A stretch of 64,000 nt of DNA from Octopus vulgaris (taxonomy: Eukaryota). The translations under genes were made by a program, and so were the position numbers. How positions within the stretch are numbered: position 1 is the stretch's first letter; the number at the start of each line of letters is the position of its first letter. Positions 45,761 through 60,723 of this stretch are shown one piece after another. The stretch is from contig OX597820.1 of NCBI GenBank assembly GCA_951406725.2, positions 51,708,001 to 51,772,000 of the forward strand. Reading direction: 5' to 3'. The notes under the pieces are model-generated. The model saw nothing but the letters and a program-made list of their open reading frames with translations. It was not told where the DNA came from and did no database searches.

Positions 45761-48371
45761 TGTGCTACATTAAAATTATTAGTATTGAGCCCTGTATTCT
45801 GGCAGAGTTAGAAACGGTTGCTGTTTCTTCCACTATAGTCGACTGCGCCATTAATGCTGTTACAGTTATTTTAACTTTGCTATCACAGCAATGCTCATCG
45901 TTAGTTACCACCAATGGTGCCTTGATCTGTATAGGTGCCGCTAGCCTTTGTAGCTATGGCGACAGTATAACCGTTATTTATTTAAATCTGGCCCCTTTGC
46001 TACTACTACTGAGTGGTATTATGAAATGTTGCTTAGTTACGACGTTGTCTTGTATTTGAGATAATCATATAGGTAATAATAGGACGAAAAGAAGTAACTT
46101 GATGAAAAGGCCAAACTCCAAGTTTCGGCAGATGGTGAGAAGAGTATCACGAATGGGACTCCACATTTCTGTGCGATCACGAGACAAATATACACGACTA
46201 AACCCGATAGAGATAGCTGCGCTAAACATTTATCAATATAAGCATAATTATATCGGCTTCCAATTTCTTCCTTTGAAATAATGCGTTAAACTAATGCTCT
46301 TGTTTATCATTGTAAATAAAACTCTTGAAGAATTTTACAATTTCATATAATATATTATGGTTCATTATGCTCGACTCTAATATGAAAACCGTTATAAAAT
46401 GTGAAACTTAAAATAATTTCATACTTTACATTAAAATGAAATTATCTAGACTCAAGTTTACTTATCCTTTGAAGTAAGAATTATTCAAGATTAATTTTAA
46501 AGTGTCGAAAGTAGATTGCTAAATTCATATAACTGAAAGTATATTCTTTAGATAAGACGAATTCCCGTAAATGAGAAGCATAACCATTATCACACTGTAA
46601 ATGTTTGATAAAAAGAACATCTTTGAAAAATCACTGCATTCAAAATAAACAAAATATGTCGTAAAGGTCTAAAAATCTCTGGAAATTTAAATCTTAAAAA
46701 TTATGAACGTGATATAGAATGAAATTAATTTGGAATATTATTCCTACAAAACACGGAAACATATATTTATATGTTAGTCATAAATCACAGGGAAAACCTG
46801 AAACCTCTGCAGAGATTTATTACAACGATTTAATCAACAATATTTTCCGGGGCTGCCAAACTCTGTTCTTTCATATGAACTAACAGATAATTAATACCAA
46901 AAACATTGCGTCAGTGATCTGTTTCCTATAATACAGTACAGGAGAGAAGTGTGTATGGAACAACGTCTTTAACTTACAATGTATCTTGTTATTGGATCCT
47001 AGAATTACAGAATGTCTAACTCCGTATAAAGATTAAATTTTATTTTTTCACATAAGGTTACTACACCTATATAGATAATGATCTAAACTATAGAATGCAA
47101 ATAATAAAAAGTAAATATACTAGAATTTTTCTCATGTCTTGTCTGTACATCTAGTATTACTACCCAGCGCGATCCATTTGGGCACGTAAAGTACACTTCT
47201 ATACATATTGGCAAATGTATCTCTGATTACATCAATTTTCCTCTTTAAACGTAATCTACTACGTTTCATTATTTTATGTAGTTTTGTATCCCGGTTTCTT
47301 AATGTATTATGCCTTATCACAGTAAGAATTTACACTTTATTTCTTGCAGTCAAGAAATGAAAGACATACTGATGATATAGAGTGGTCGCTAGGAAAGCGG
47401 AAAATTTGAAGGCAAAACTAACAAGGATTAATTAGATCATCAATAGATAAGTGGTTTCTGTTATGAAATGAGCGCGTGATCATAACAAATATTGACGTCA
47501 TTTGCTTCTGATTGAACCCCACATCATGAATGAAAGTTGTGGAAGGAAATAGCTATCAGACTTTCAGACAAAAATTATTGTGCTTTTGAAAAGTGAAAAT
47601 CCGAATTTAGGACTCACTAAATATTGAACTGTGAATAGAATTGCATGGAAGACATTTTGGTTATTTGTGAGTATTAATGTATCATGTTTTGTGACCCTTA
47701 TTATTTATTAGTGATCTTGTGAAAATATATATCGACATTTCATGAATTGTCCACTTTTCTAGCGAACACCGTGATGTACCGGTTGCTTACAAATGATATA
47801 TGAATGATAAATATAGGCAATGGTAAAAGAAGCATGGGCCGGCAAATTTTGAAATATGTAAAAGAAAAAAATAGGATATTTTTTAATATATAGAAATACC
47901 ATACATAATCCGGAAGCAAAAATTTTTTCATTATAAACAATATTTATTCTATGGTTACTGAATCCCTTATAATTATATTAGCAATGTAAATACAACCTCT
48001 AGAGGAGTAATGTAGTTCAAATTCTTGCTTCATTTGAAACCACATTAAAATGCATGATTTCAATGATATTAATACGTAATTCATCTATAGGGACGTTGTT
48101 ATGAATGAACAATAAAATACTTTTGTTCATAGATGAAACATGATTGAAAAAGTATATCAAAACATATTTTTGATGTTCAGATAATGTAATTTCGGTGAAG
48201 TCAAAGTCTAACGAGGGTTCATTTAGCTGAGAAAGTGACTGATATTTCAAGAAAACGGAACTGATATGTAGACAAATTGCCATCAGGAAATCCGTACGTT
48301 AAAATAGCCCTGTATAATTTTATATTTTATTAGTATTTCCATCGAATATACGTTTAGTTATCTCCGAGTTA

Positions 48372-49657
48372 TTAGCTTGTCAAGAGGGTTTTTGTGCCTT
48401 TTAACCCTTAAATTCAGATGCACACATCTCGGCTCAAACAAAACTTTATTAATCGAAATAAACACGATCAGAATCAACGCACTTTTGCCAACGCGAAACA
48501 AGTTTATTTATGCCAGTAGCGTAAAGGTTTTGCGTTGAGGTGGCAAAGACGTTGTTGAAGAAGTGTCTGGCATCATCTTGGCTTGTGAAGCATTTCCCAC
48601 GCAGGAAATTGTCGAGATGCTTGAAAAAGTTGTAGTCGGTAGGCAAGAGGTAGGTAAGTATAGCGGATGAAGCAGAGTTTTGTAACCCAATTTGGTCAAC
48701 TTCTGCAGGGTCAGTTGTGCGACTTGCAGCCGAGCGTTGTCGTGGAGAGGAATTTTTCCTTTTGTTTTGACCAATTCTGGCTGTTGTTGTCGGCTTTTCT
48801 TATGCATTTCATCCATTTTCTGACAGTATTTCGCCGTAATGCTTTCGCGCGGATCCCAAAAGCTATGATGGATGAGACCGGCCGCAGACCACCAAATAGT
48901 CACCATGAATTACTTTTAGTGCAATTTTGGCTTCGTGAAGTGCCGTGGATCTTCGGCCTCCAACCACTGAGCTGAGTGTCGCCTGTTATCGTAAAGAATC
49001 CACCTTTCATCGCAAGTCACAATCCGGTTGACAAATATGTCGTTCTAGTTGAGTAAAAGAGGACTCTTGTCGTGCGGCACACATTTCTCAAGTATTTTTG
49101 TTGTTCCAACATCTTTCAAGTGATTGGAAATTGTCGTGTACGTTACGTCTAATTCAGAAGCAACCTCTTGACCAGTTGTGCGTGGATTGACTTCCACAAA
49201 GTATCTTAGTTGATCGTTGTCAACATCCACGGCCGACTACTACGCTGGTTTCTCCTCACCCTGACCGGATAAATATTTCGCCTTTTAATGCGCTTATCAT
49301 CTTCAGGACTCTCGTCACCGCTACGAAATTTCTTGAACCACAATTTTGCTGTACATTCATTAGTGGTTCCTTGCCAAACGCATCGCTGATATCACGGGCT
49401 GTTGCAGGAGCTTTTCGGCTTAGCTTGAACTGGAATAAGAAAATTGTGCAAATTTGCTATTTGTCCATGTTGTATTCAACGTTTTGGAGAAAATGACCTA
49501 ATTATTCAAAAAGAAAACGAGTAACAGGATTAGATAGAGCGACACACGGGCTTTGAAATGATATATAAGGTCAAAGTAATTTAGCGAGAATTAATTTGAA
49601 AATATATCATTTAAAACCAAAGTTAAAAATTCAACAAGAACTTTCTTGACAACCTAA
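48372..49657 (-). mobile_element. Full-length (1286 bp) inactive mariner transposon, Hsmar1/cecropia-like
   Basis: Imperfect TIRs TTAGCTTGTCAAGA.. and ..TCTTGACAACCTAA, with TA target duplications at 48370-48371 and 49658-49659. Confidence 0.9.
48449..49468 (-). pseudogene. Mariner transposase pseudogene
   Basis: GDESPED..RP..DVDNDQL, CVPHD (WVPH-like), MVTIWWSAAGLIH, LHDNAR, PTDYNFFKHLDNFL and RWQKCVDS; several frameshifts and stops. Confidence 0.9.
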
Positions 49658-50639
49658 TAATTTTTCTCAAGTAGACATGATGCTTTAGGAAATGATTATT
49701 ATATAAAAACAAACAAACACTATATAGTTATAATTACCAGATATTTATATACGGATAAATTAAAGATTCTTGGATTGCCTAATGTCGAAACCAATCAATG
49801 AAACTATTTATTTGAACTAAGTCAGAATGGTTTTCAATTTCATATTCTTACATCTCATATTAGTAGATCAACTTATAACTTTGTATAGGGAAGACATGGC
49901 AACTAATTACGAAATAATTATATACAATAATATGCTAATAATCAATCTCGAAATGTGTTGAAACTCGAGAGATGGAATTGGCTATCTTTCCAATTTGCCT
50001 AGAATAACGCATAATCAGGAAAATCAAAGGACGGCTTCATCGATCAGAAATATCTTTCACTACAAATTATTGATTGTACATTGAATAGCTCGCCATACAA
50101 TGTAAGAAGCCAAATTTAGACCCGCATTTCTACGAAATTAGAGAAATGTGTCCTGATGCAAAAATCAACATGTTAAATCGGTCATATGCTCAATTGTTCT
50201 AAGTTCTCAATATCTTCACCAGAGTTAGCGCTCTGTTTGCTCCTCCACAATAATCTAGTACTTATCTACGAAAACTGGAAATCGTTATGAATCTCATATC
50301 ACTTTTCATTAGTTTATGCATGCTTCCATATACGAATTCTTATGTATACACACAAACACACACACACATACACACACGCACACACGCACACACACATACA
50401 CACGCACACACACATATATGCTTGTGTGAGTGTGTGTGTAGTCATATATTCATACATATGCATACATGCAAATCTTTTATGTATATATAAATTGATATAA
50501 ACAGCTAGGCGCTGAATGTAATACCGCAAAAGAAATTCACAGACACACATATCCCTCAGGGTCTCCAATTGTGGTAAAAGCTTGACATGCAGTGACTACA
50601 CCTGCTCATCGTCAAGGTATCGCCAGATACGGATTGTGG

Positions 50640-51130
50640 ACACTATTGAATGCCTTAGACTTGTCTAGATGTACTAGTGCTCCACCTTTACTGGGAACTT
50701 TACCGACGCTTTAACGGTTCCTGGCAGCAGATAGAGCAACTCACAAGTGGCATTTTCCCTGTCCTCAAAATGCGGATCCATTTCAACTTGGTCAGCCACA
50801 AGCCGAGGCAATACACGACGGCCAGGCGGTAGGATATCAATGAAGTTATATCTTCCTTCCTGGGAGAGCACATGTCCGTGCCTCTCTCACAAGGATCCCC
50901 TACAACAATCCTCACTCTCTTGGCGGCTAGCAATATCGCAAAATCTTTAACCCTGTGTTTAGCAGAGTTACGTGCCGAAAGCTATCTATATTATTCCCCT
51001 TGCTCGGCTGCTTCCTGATCAGTGTCAGAGATTTGGGAATTCTGTACACACCCTGAGACAAGTTCCTTTTCTCCAGACGGATCTTTCTCGCTAGGTAGAA
51101 GTTAAAATAACGTAGGATTTGCAACTCGTC
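50640..51130 (-). pseudogene. L1/Tx1-clade RT fragment, degenerate
   Basis: RIPKSLTLIRKQPSKGNNIDSFRHVTLLNTGLKIL followed by LAAKRVRIVV resembles the xRPI(S/T)LLNxDxKIL motif of L1/Tx1 RTs. Confidence 0.7.
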
Positions 51131-51674
51131 GATCTGTTGAAGAGATATAGGCTGGCAGATCGATATAGACTTTATAGTCCGAGCGTTCCAAGGTGGACTT
51201 GCACTAATAACGACGGATCAATCAGGTTATACATAGACAGGATTATAGTAAATGCTAGAAACAAAAAAGAGAATAATCAAGGGGAATAAAACCGCGGATT
51301 AACAAGAACCCATGAATGATATATTTTTATTCGCATGTCCTATTTTCATTGTAAATCTAGATGTTTCATTCCGATTTCATTCAAATTATTATGATTTTAA
51401 CCCAGACCCCTGTAAGTCTATCCTCGTTTCGTCTCCGACAGAATCAAGACAACTAAAACATAAGCCACGTCTTTCTATTTTTGGAACTTGTTCTCTCCTT
51501 TCTGTGTAAGCCTTCTGTAGGCAATAAAGAAATACAGAAGCAAGACAGCCGCAACATAAACCACATCTTTCTATTTGAAGATTTTGAAAATCAGAGTTAA
51601 GTGGGAAACCGGTGAAATCTTCAAATATATTAATAAAAAAATATTATAACTTTCGTCAGTGCATTTTCAACTAC

Positions 51675-51742
<68 letters not shown>

Positions 51743-52789
51743 TACACACATACAATCATCATAATATGGACGTAATTCGGACTTTTAAAATCTTTTTAGC
51801 TTAGATGAATGATTTTTAATTCACTAATTGCCGAGAAGTGCGAAAATGTTATTAATCTGCTAAAATTATGCACAGTAAAATAGCACTTATCTATTTTAAT
51901 CAATTTTCACTGCATGCAGCTTATAAACTCTGACCACTGACACTCATATTCCTTAAAGTTTTATTCGTATACTTCCGTTGTCATTATTCATAACTATGGA
52001 GATATATCGATAATTATTAAGTGCATTGGTTGAAATACTGTATTTTCACAATGATTCCGTTCCTGTTAATGGTCATTTGATATTTTGATGGACAGGAAAA
52101 CGTTAAGTTCACGTGATATTTTATTTCACAACTGATATATCTCCAGTGGCCTCTATGAATCTGAATTAATTGCATATGTGTAAATCGGTGTTTTTATTTT
52201 AAGACTAAGAGGCTGGTGATTTATATCTAGTCACCATATGTTTGGATGTACCACACAGTGAGAGTGACTAACATTGATAATTAGCCATCATTAGCAACAA
52301 CAATAGAAGATGGACAGTAAAGTAATTAATCTCGATAAGCATTGCAGTGATTCATTGATGTCATAAGATAGAAATGTATAAGATTTGTAAAAAAGCAAAA
52401 GTATATATTACAGGCGTATGGGCAAATAAATTCGATGGAAATGAAACTGTTTTTTTTTTATTTTTGTAATACCTGAATACACTGGAAAGATTTGAGCTTG
52501 ATACGTAAAGAATTTAAACAGGTGCCGCAATGTCATGGTGGTGTTTGTTAAATAGTTGTCCAAATCTAATTACATGCGATGATAAACTAAATCGACATTT
52601 AACATCAACACTACAACACCAAATAAGAGGTATCTTCAATTTGATATTTCATTAAAGCAAGAGTATTTTCATTAAATTTATTCACTATATAATATGAGGT
52701 ATTCTCGATAACCCTGTAGGAAATCTGGCGAAAATATCAGGGTCTACCTTTTAAATAGCATCTCTCATTCGATTGACAACATATCCGTT

Positions 52790-52871
52790 TCTCTGACGAG
52801 TGGATGTTTTACCTCATAACGATTATCAATTCCAGTTAGGAATGTAATACGTTCATGAAACGATCGTAAGA
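52790..52871 (+). ncRNA. Minimal type I hammerhead ribozyme, unrelated to the 31-33 kb copies, probably from a Penelope-like remnant
   Basis: TCT-CTGACGA-GTGGATGT...ACGTTCAT-GAAA-CGATCG-TA-AGA; ACGATCGT in stem III is a perfect palindrome; GUA cleavage after 52868. Confidence 0.72.
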
Positions 52872-52986
52872 TATCTCAAACCATTTAAATAATCATACTT
52901 TATATATTTATCTATTAATGCAATATTATTTACATTATGGACGTATATCTTCTGTAATTTTTCATGTACTTTTTCTGCACTTATTT

Positions 52987-53027
<41 letters not shown>

Positions 53028-54116
53028 TGGATAGATTAATAGATAGATAGATCTGTATAGATACACATGTGTGTGCGTGTGTATAATTATATGTGTATAT
53101 ATATATATATATATACAGATATGCGTAAAGGGATAGGTTAAGAGGAAAGCAGACGTATATTATAGTGCATACACACAATTATATGTATATGAGTGCGCAC
53201 GTGTGTATGTCTCTATACACATCTTTCTTTCTCTCCTTGATTCATCAGGTCCCACCACCACTTTAACTAGTACTTCTATTTTTAGAAACTTCACCATTAT
53301 ATCTTATGCTGCCCTTCCTTTTTGAGGTTGTCTACTCACTTTAGTACAACCTGCCGTACCATTTTCTTTCCTTGTCTCAAGAGCTTAATGCCATTCAAAC
53401 ATATCACCCCACCTCCTACTTCTCACACATATTCCTTCCTTACATTCTTCATCCCACATCACCAGTTCTGCTTACCAAAAGTGGCCCACTAAGTTGCCAG
53501 GACGAGATCGTTTTGAATCTATGCTGTTCAGAGTAAGTCCACACTTCACATGATATACTCCCAAACTTACATGTTTTGGGAGTATAAACGTGATGGGCAC
53601 GATCTTGGTTGGGGTAATGTTGGGTTTCTCCTTTCTCCCTGTGTTCAATTTAGCATGTTTCAACCAATTAGATGACGCTACTATAGTAGTTATGTAGGGG
53701 GTGGCAGAATAATGTAGACTGATAGTGCATCTGCTGCTAATGCAATCGCACATTTGCGGTGGAAGGACAAGCGTCCTCGAAGAGCGTACAAAGGATCCTA
53801 AGGATACAGCAATTACAAGAGAAGAGTGCGGAAATTATTCCTATGTAAATATTTGTCGTGTCACCGCATATTTCAGCGCGTAGAAATATTCTTTTTGGTC
53901 CCTGTCTGTATGTCTGTCTCTGTCTGTCTGTATGTCTGTCTATCTCACTCTCTCTTTCTCTCTCTCTCTCTCTCTTCCTGTATATATAAATATGTATGTG
54001 TGTGTGTGTTTGTGTGTGTGGGTATGCGCACACATGCGTCCGTTTGTGTGTGTGTGAGTGCGTCTGTTTGCGTTTGTGCGTGTGCGTAATCCTTTGTGCA
54101 TGTGTTTGTCACCTAC

Positions 54117-54200
54117 TACCGCTTGATAACTAATGTGGATATGTTCAGTGGGACCCTACAAGATGGTGCCCCAGCATAGCCACCGTCTGGTGACTGAAAT
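54117..54200 (+). mobile_element. SINE family 1, 3' fragment
   Basis: GATGGTGCCCCAGCATAGCCAC..GTGACTGAAA. Confidence 0.55.
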
Positions 54201-54240
54201 ATTACACACACACACAACACGCACACATACACGAACACAC

Positions 54241-54286
<46 letters not shown>

Positions 54287-54471
54287 TGGATATCATGAGG
54301 GAATATAATATATGTCGGTGCGTGCGGCTATGCAATATAAATAAGGTAGATAACTGTTGCGTTTCTGTTTTAGATCAAGTGGGATGCTCCACCGTAGAAT
54401 CTTATCGGTGATCTTTGAAACTCTAAATTCTATTTACGGATAGTAATCAGTGTCTATATTTCATTTACATG

Positions 54472-54545
<74 letters not shown>

Positions 54546-57500
54546 TCTCCTCGTATGAATAATTGATACTTCAAATTATTCATCTCCATGTAAAAGTGAA
54601 AAGAAAGAAATGTAAACTGAAAATGCGCAGAGAAAGATAATCTGTAAAAATGAGTGGCAAGTAAAATGTTACAAAATGGCCTTTTCTAAGTACTCTTGTA
54701 GACTTGAAACATGACCTTGCTTTGTAAGGATGTTGCTAATCTCAAGGATAAGCTTGTTTGTGATGTTCTATCGATTTTACAAAAGTGACGTTTAGCTTAA
54801 GTTGCTACTCATAAAATAATATTTCCTATCCAAGAAGCAAACTTTTGGTCCTTCTCAAACATTTGAAAACTTAACCCATTGTATTATTACGCTTAAGTTT
54901 TGTCTTCCTTTTATCCGATGATATCATGCAGCTTTATAGTTGTTGTAGGTTTTTGAAATTTCGCAAGTTGTTTAAATTAATTCTTAACACTTTGGTATGA
55001 ACTGGATTCGCAAGTTTGCGGGAGGCGACATTAACACAACGTATGAATTGTCAACCCCAACAAACGAGGGAGACTATGTAGCGTGATGTTCACACTTGGA
55101 AATATTGAACTACTTATTTTCACACAGGACAGAAACATACCGACATCATCAGTCAAGAAATTTGTTAGAAATATCTTAGGACTAACACTTATAAAATTCT
55201 TGATATTACCTATTACGCCAAAGTAATTCCTCTTTTCTCCAGCATTTTGGAACCTGAAATCACTTTAAAAGTGATTTTGCCTACAAATTATGAAAGAAAG
55301 CAGTTTATACTTGCATTAGTATTTACTTCCACTCAGGGTGTAGCCAATGCATCTGGGGCAAATTTTATTCACTATTATTTATAATAATAATTAAGGCATA
55401 CTACCTGATGTTTTAATTCAGACCATGTAAGCGGGAGTCAAAACCTCAGTTTAAATAAAGAAACGGAAATTATATCATGTTGACCACCGTAAACATATAG
55501 ATTGTGACTGAGAAAAGTTTCAGTGTAGGTAAAGGATTATGTAATTTTGCTAACTTATCCCACCTTTCTTAAACCGTGAATGGTTAGGTATATGATTCAA
55601 TCCATTCATGAACTTTGTACATGTTCAGTCTGCAGTAAGAAATGTAATCATGTTATAACTATTCAATATGCATGAGCTTCCATATGTTTAGTGAAGTTGT
55701 ATATTTAATTGCGTCGATTAAGAAAAATATCCTTCTGGAATTTGAGTATAATAGTTTATAATATGATGTGGTTTAGTCTGGAAGTTAATAAGACCGGCTC
55801 TTAGTCATTCTTTAGCGGTTCAGTTCTTGGGTCACAATGCAATTTTTGTCCTAGCGTACAGTTCTTCATTTTATCCGTATACACACACGCAAGTGATTCA
55901 GAACTGAAAAGGTGTAATGCTGCAGAAAGTCACATCGGTCAGAGATCCATTAATTCAAATTCACAGTTATGATTGTATGAATCAGGCTTCTCTTTGGAAT
56001 CATGTAATCACCGCTATTATGTTTAACAATATGCAATATGAACTATCAATAAGTGTAAGTAACTACCACCTATATATAAATTTTCAATTTGATGATTGCC
56101 AATGACACTAAAATCTTTGTTTGGTATAATTTAATACAGAATGCAGGAAGTAAAGACTGCTAAATTTTCGTTCTATGGCAAATATGAAAATACCTCCAAT
56201 AGAAAAGGATACAAAATCTGCTAACTATACAAAAGTAATCACTACAAATGTATTGAGTTTGTATTGGATTAGGCATAGCCTGAGACATTGAGATAAAATT
56301 TAGAACACGATGTGAAATGTCATTTCTATGACTCCGGAAGTATTCCCACCATGAGTTCTTTACCTATTTGCCCATTATTAGATTCCCATTCTTGCTTGAC
56401 ACAACGGCTAGGCTAACGAACTAATACAGTGTCAGCTGAATAAAAATATTTTAGCTTGATTGTATGTACTGCTCCCAACTCATTATTAATGACGAGCTGA
56501 TATTGGGTTCTCAGGCACAAGATTTTTCTTTCATCATAAGAGCTTTGGGCAATATTCAGTATTAAAATCAACCTTAATTTTATTAAACATTGTTATTTGT
56601 TAGAGCCTTTTCAAATTTTATAACTTAATAATCCATTTTTAGAAGGGCCCTCTCTTCTAAAGATTACCTTTAACGATTTGAAATAGAACACTACAAACAC
56701 GTTGAATTCAGTAAAAAATTCTAAATATTCGATATGGACATAAACGAGTAACTTTAATATTTTCATGTCATGCATTAATTAAGAGAAGCTTGAATTGAAT
56801 AAAGTGTGGCATTTTAAAATCTTTTTTCTCGTAAACACATCGAAGACAGCCCAAAATTTTCGTAGCTATTTATTGAATGTAACGTACATTTAAGCGTACA
56901 CATCACAGAATTCTAATATAATCCCAGCCTTAATCAAAAGAAAGTATCCTTGTCGATGGCGCTAATTAAATTTTCTAACCATAACGTATTAAAACATGGC
57001 ACATACTAAGAATATATTGCAGGCACTTATGTAAACTAATGATATATGCCACACATTCTGCATTTCTAATTCATAAATTTCTGAAAGTTTATGTCTCTCC
57101 TCTTGCGTTAAATGATTTCTGCTGCCCATTTATCTAGTTTTACGCGTTCCGTGATAATAATATATATATACTAGAATTTACAGACCGATGGAAGTGTCAT
57201 GTTACCAATAAATAAAAATCCAGCAGTATTTAACTATCTTTTAACACGTTTAGGTATATTATTGATAAACGATACTGGGAGGAAGGAAATCTGATGCACA
57301 TGCAATTATGTATCAAATCAAGGAAAAATATTTAAATTGCATTTTATGCTGTATCTTATATTTGCATTCAATGGTGACCTTCAGCTCAAATTAGTCTTGA
57401 TAGTCCATAAAAAATACTAACATCAGCCGTAATGGGTATAAAAACTGCTTGCAATTTTTAATTCTAAATTTTAACGGTATATTTGAAAGAGAAGCGGATT

Positions 57501-59359
57501 TATGCGAGTGTATGTGGTATAAACATATTTCCCATTCACACGAAGACATACTCAAACACACACATACACACACACGCATAAATTTATATATGTGTGTGTA
57601 TGCATAAATATATATTTGTATTTATGTATGTGTATCTGCTTGTGTTTTGGGAGGATGATATCATTTATTTGTTAGCCACTTGATTAAAAACCTAACGAAG
57701 TTGTTTGTTTTTTTAAGTCCCAAATAAACCTTATAGAGAGAGGGCATGTTTTGATGATATCGCGAAATGCGAAGAAAGTATCTTGACATAAAATCGAGTG
57801 AATATTTAACCTACACATTAAACAAACGATCGATTAATTAATAGGCTAGGTACTAAACGGAGGGAGTGACTATAAAGAAATGATATCGGATCATGACGTG
57901 TGTTATTATATTTGGTGTAATGGTCCTCGCAAGGCAAAGATTTGTTTATTTGCCAACAGCCGGTGTTTAGCTCACACTGAGGAGGAGTAAACTTTACTAT
58001 TCGATAGTGTTACTGCATATTTCTCGCTTAGAAATTTAAAACACGTTTTTCTCTTTACAAGTGCCGCTTCAAAGAAATATATAGTATTTGGAAGTGAAGG
58101 TAGCCTACCTCACTAGTCGGTAATTGACTCACCCCGAGGACAGGTAACAATCTAGAAACCTAGTACTGTGAGTATCATGTTAGTCTAGAGAAGGAGGCGA
58201 TTACCTCGTTTGCATATTCTATACAATATGTGTGCCAGTAGCTAACGGGAAAAGATTTTTTTTCTGGAGCCAAAAGAAACTAACTCTGTCTTGGTATAGG
58301 ACTACCACATTATGTTGGCAAATAAACTTTACTATATACATATAGGTTCGCATATATACTTACATTTATTCAGATATATTCAAATGGTCGTGTGTGTCTA
58401 TATTTCTGTATATGTGTCTGTGTGTCTTTCTGAGTACGTGTACGTGTTTGTGAGTGTGTATGTGTGTGTGTGTGTGTGGGGGGTGTCCTTGTGTAAAAGT
58501 CGCTGTTGAATGTCAGTAAATTTGATTTACTGGGAAGTAAAACAATCGCGCATATAATGCTATTTCAAGAGGCAAGGTTTAACCATTCTGTTATCGTAGA
58601 AACCAAGAGGTTGCACATTGCATGAGTGTCGCTTAGATGACAATGGTATGCACAGATTTAGTTCAGAAGAGAAGATAATTCCCCTTTTATTAAATAGAAA
58701 AGATAGGGAAATACTCTTTCGTATACGATTAGATTTAATTTCGTGCCTATTTCCATATCAACGAATTTCTTTTCTTTTTGTTGGGAACCAAAATGTTTAT
58801 TGCAGCATCACTTCTGTGTATAACAATACGACTTCCGTTCGAGTAGTCGAACAGTATACTGATATGACAGCCTATAAAACATATTAGGTAAAAGGATAGC
58901 AATTTATAAATGTTAGGATATATGAGTACGCTGATATTTGATTTATGCATTCCTACTCTGGTAGGAGTCTTGTTAGATATCTGAGTCATAATTGGCAGAA
59001 ACTCATCTTCATCATGCAATTGGAAAGAAGAGATATTTCATAATAGTAAGTCACTATCATAAATGCAGTTATCCGAGGGTAATATATATCGATATACAGT
59101 ATGAAATTATAGGTTAATATTAATGGATCATATAAATTAACAGCCGCAGGGATACTGTACACTGTTAAACTTAGGAATGAATATATATTTATATAGGTAT
59201 TCAAAAGTATTTGGACAATATTATATAAATGTTAAAAGAACACGCATGAATGCTTTCGTAGAAAGAAAGTGGAAGTTATTCAATTAGAGTAAAGATTATT
59301 ATTTTCTATTTAAAGCTTTTGTACCATATTGAAACGGATATATATTTTTTCAAACATAC

Positions 59360-59542
59360 TTCAACAGATTTTGACGCAAATGAATGGGAAGTAATGGTAT
59401 TATCAATGAAATAATCTGCAAAAGTGTTCTGCCCTATGTCTCCTTTGAAAACAGCTAAGCAAACGGTCCTCACTGTGTGCTTCCATTTGACCGTTGTGGT
59501 AGACTTTGGCTTCATATTCAATAAACTCTTCAGTTCGACAAT
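59360..59542 (-). CDS. Candidate internal exon (183 bp, phase 0-0) of the minus-strand host gene, possibly CNBD2-like
   Basis: Acceptor CATTTTACAG and donor GAA|GTATGT; only frame 0 is open throughout: IVELKSLLNMKPKSTTTVKWKHTVRTVCLAVFKGDIGQNTFADYFIDNTITSHSFASKSVE. Confidence 0.5.
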
Positions 59543-60417
59543 CTGTAAAATGATCATTTTCGTGACACACAACGAAATAATGGTGTAAGCTGAAACTTCA
59601 TGATGATGTATAGATGTACATATTTTCGTCCGTGACCGTACTTATTTTAACAATTTAGGGTTAATGGAATAATGTTTTCAAAGTTTGGTTAAATCCAGCA
59701 GGATTTGAGGGAAGGGAAGAGTCAATTATATGGACCCCAGTGTTTGACTGGTGCTTATTTTGTCGACCTCTGTTGTGTCGCGAATTGCAAGTACTCAATA
59801 AGTGATCGTCGATAGAGTTCGAGTGTACTGCAATAAATTGCACGCAATACGAAAGAAACACAAAATAAAATGTAATTTTCCCAAATAAACGTATCTAAAG
59901 GAAACTATGATATTCAGGGTGAAAAAAATTCCAGTGGAGATATTGCATGTTTTTTCTCTTTTTTTTTTCCCTTGTGGATATGAGTTGCTGAAACATATTT
60001 ATATAGGCAAGCAGCGTGTCCTACAGACAGAAAAAGAGAAAAGAAAGATATACATTTATTTCACATCGCATCAAATAAAATATAAGTTAGGAAATAGATT
60101 GTTGATTTTTTGCAATTTACTAGATTTTCTGATGGGGATCTCAGACATTGTAACATAGAGAATAGATGCTAATGGAAAAATGGAAATATTTTAACAATAT
60201 TTTCTTCAATACGAATACAGAACATGAATACGCTAGGTATAAAGAAATAAGTTGGAAATATGTTTGAGGGATACAATGCAATTTTATAGGTGACACAAGC
60301 ACTTTTAACAGTGATGAAAGAGAGTGAAATTATCATATTCATATTTTTTAGTACATTCACTCATACCGTGGAGTTGAATAAAATCAAGATGTGGCAGGGA
60401 TTTGCAAGCATGTTTAG

Positions 60418-60465
<48 letters not shown>

Positions 60466-60683
60466 GTATAAGAGTTCCTAGCTTTGGGTAACATAAGATA
60501 CAGGATCGTCAGTGATTTATGATTTTATTCAACATATTTGCGCTTTAGATTCACACGCTTACTGTACGGGTCCTGCACATTTTCTAAACACCTTGTAAAA
60601 CAACTTGGAATTGTGGGCCTCCATCGAAGCATTTCGTGATACCCTTAAGGCCAGTATATTTTGGCATCGTTTCGTATGTATGA

Positions 60684-60722
<39 letters not shown>

Positions 60723-60723
<1 letters not shown>

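Noticed and set aside
49270-49310. CTGAAGA...GAAA hammerhead-like string on the minus strand
   Set aside because: CTGAAGAT is mariner coding sequence (PED) next to a small insertion; stems do not form.
56362-56436. Minus-strand AG...GT segment with good splice signals
   Set aside because: Stop codons in all three frames.
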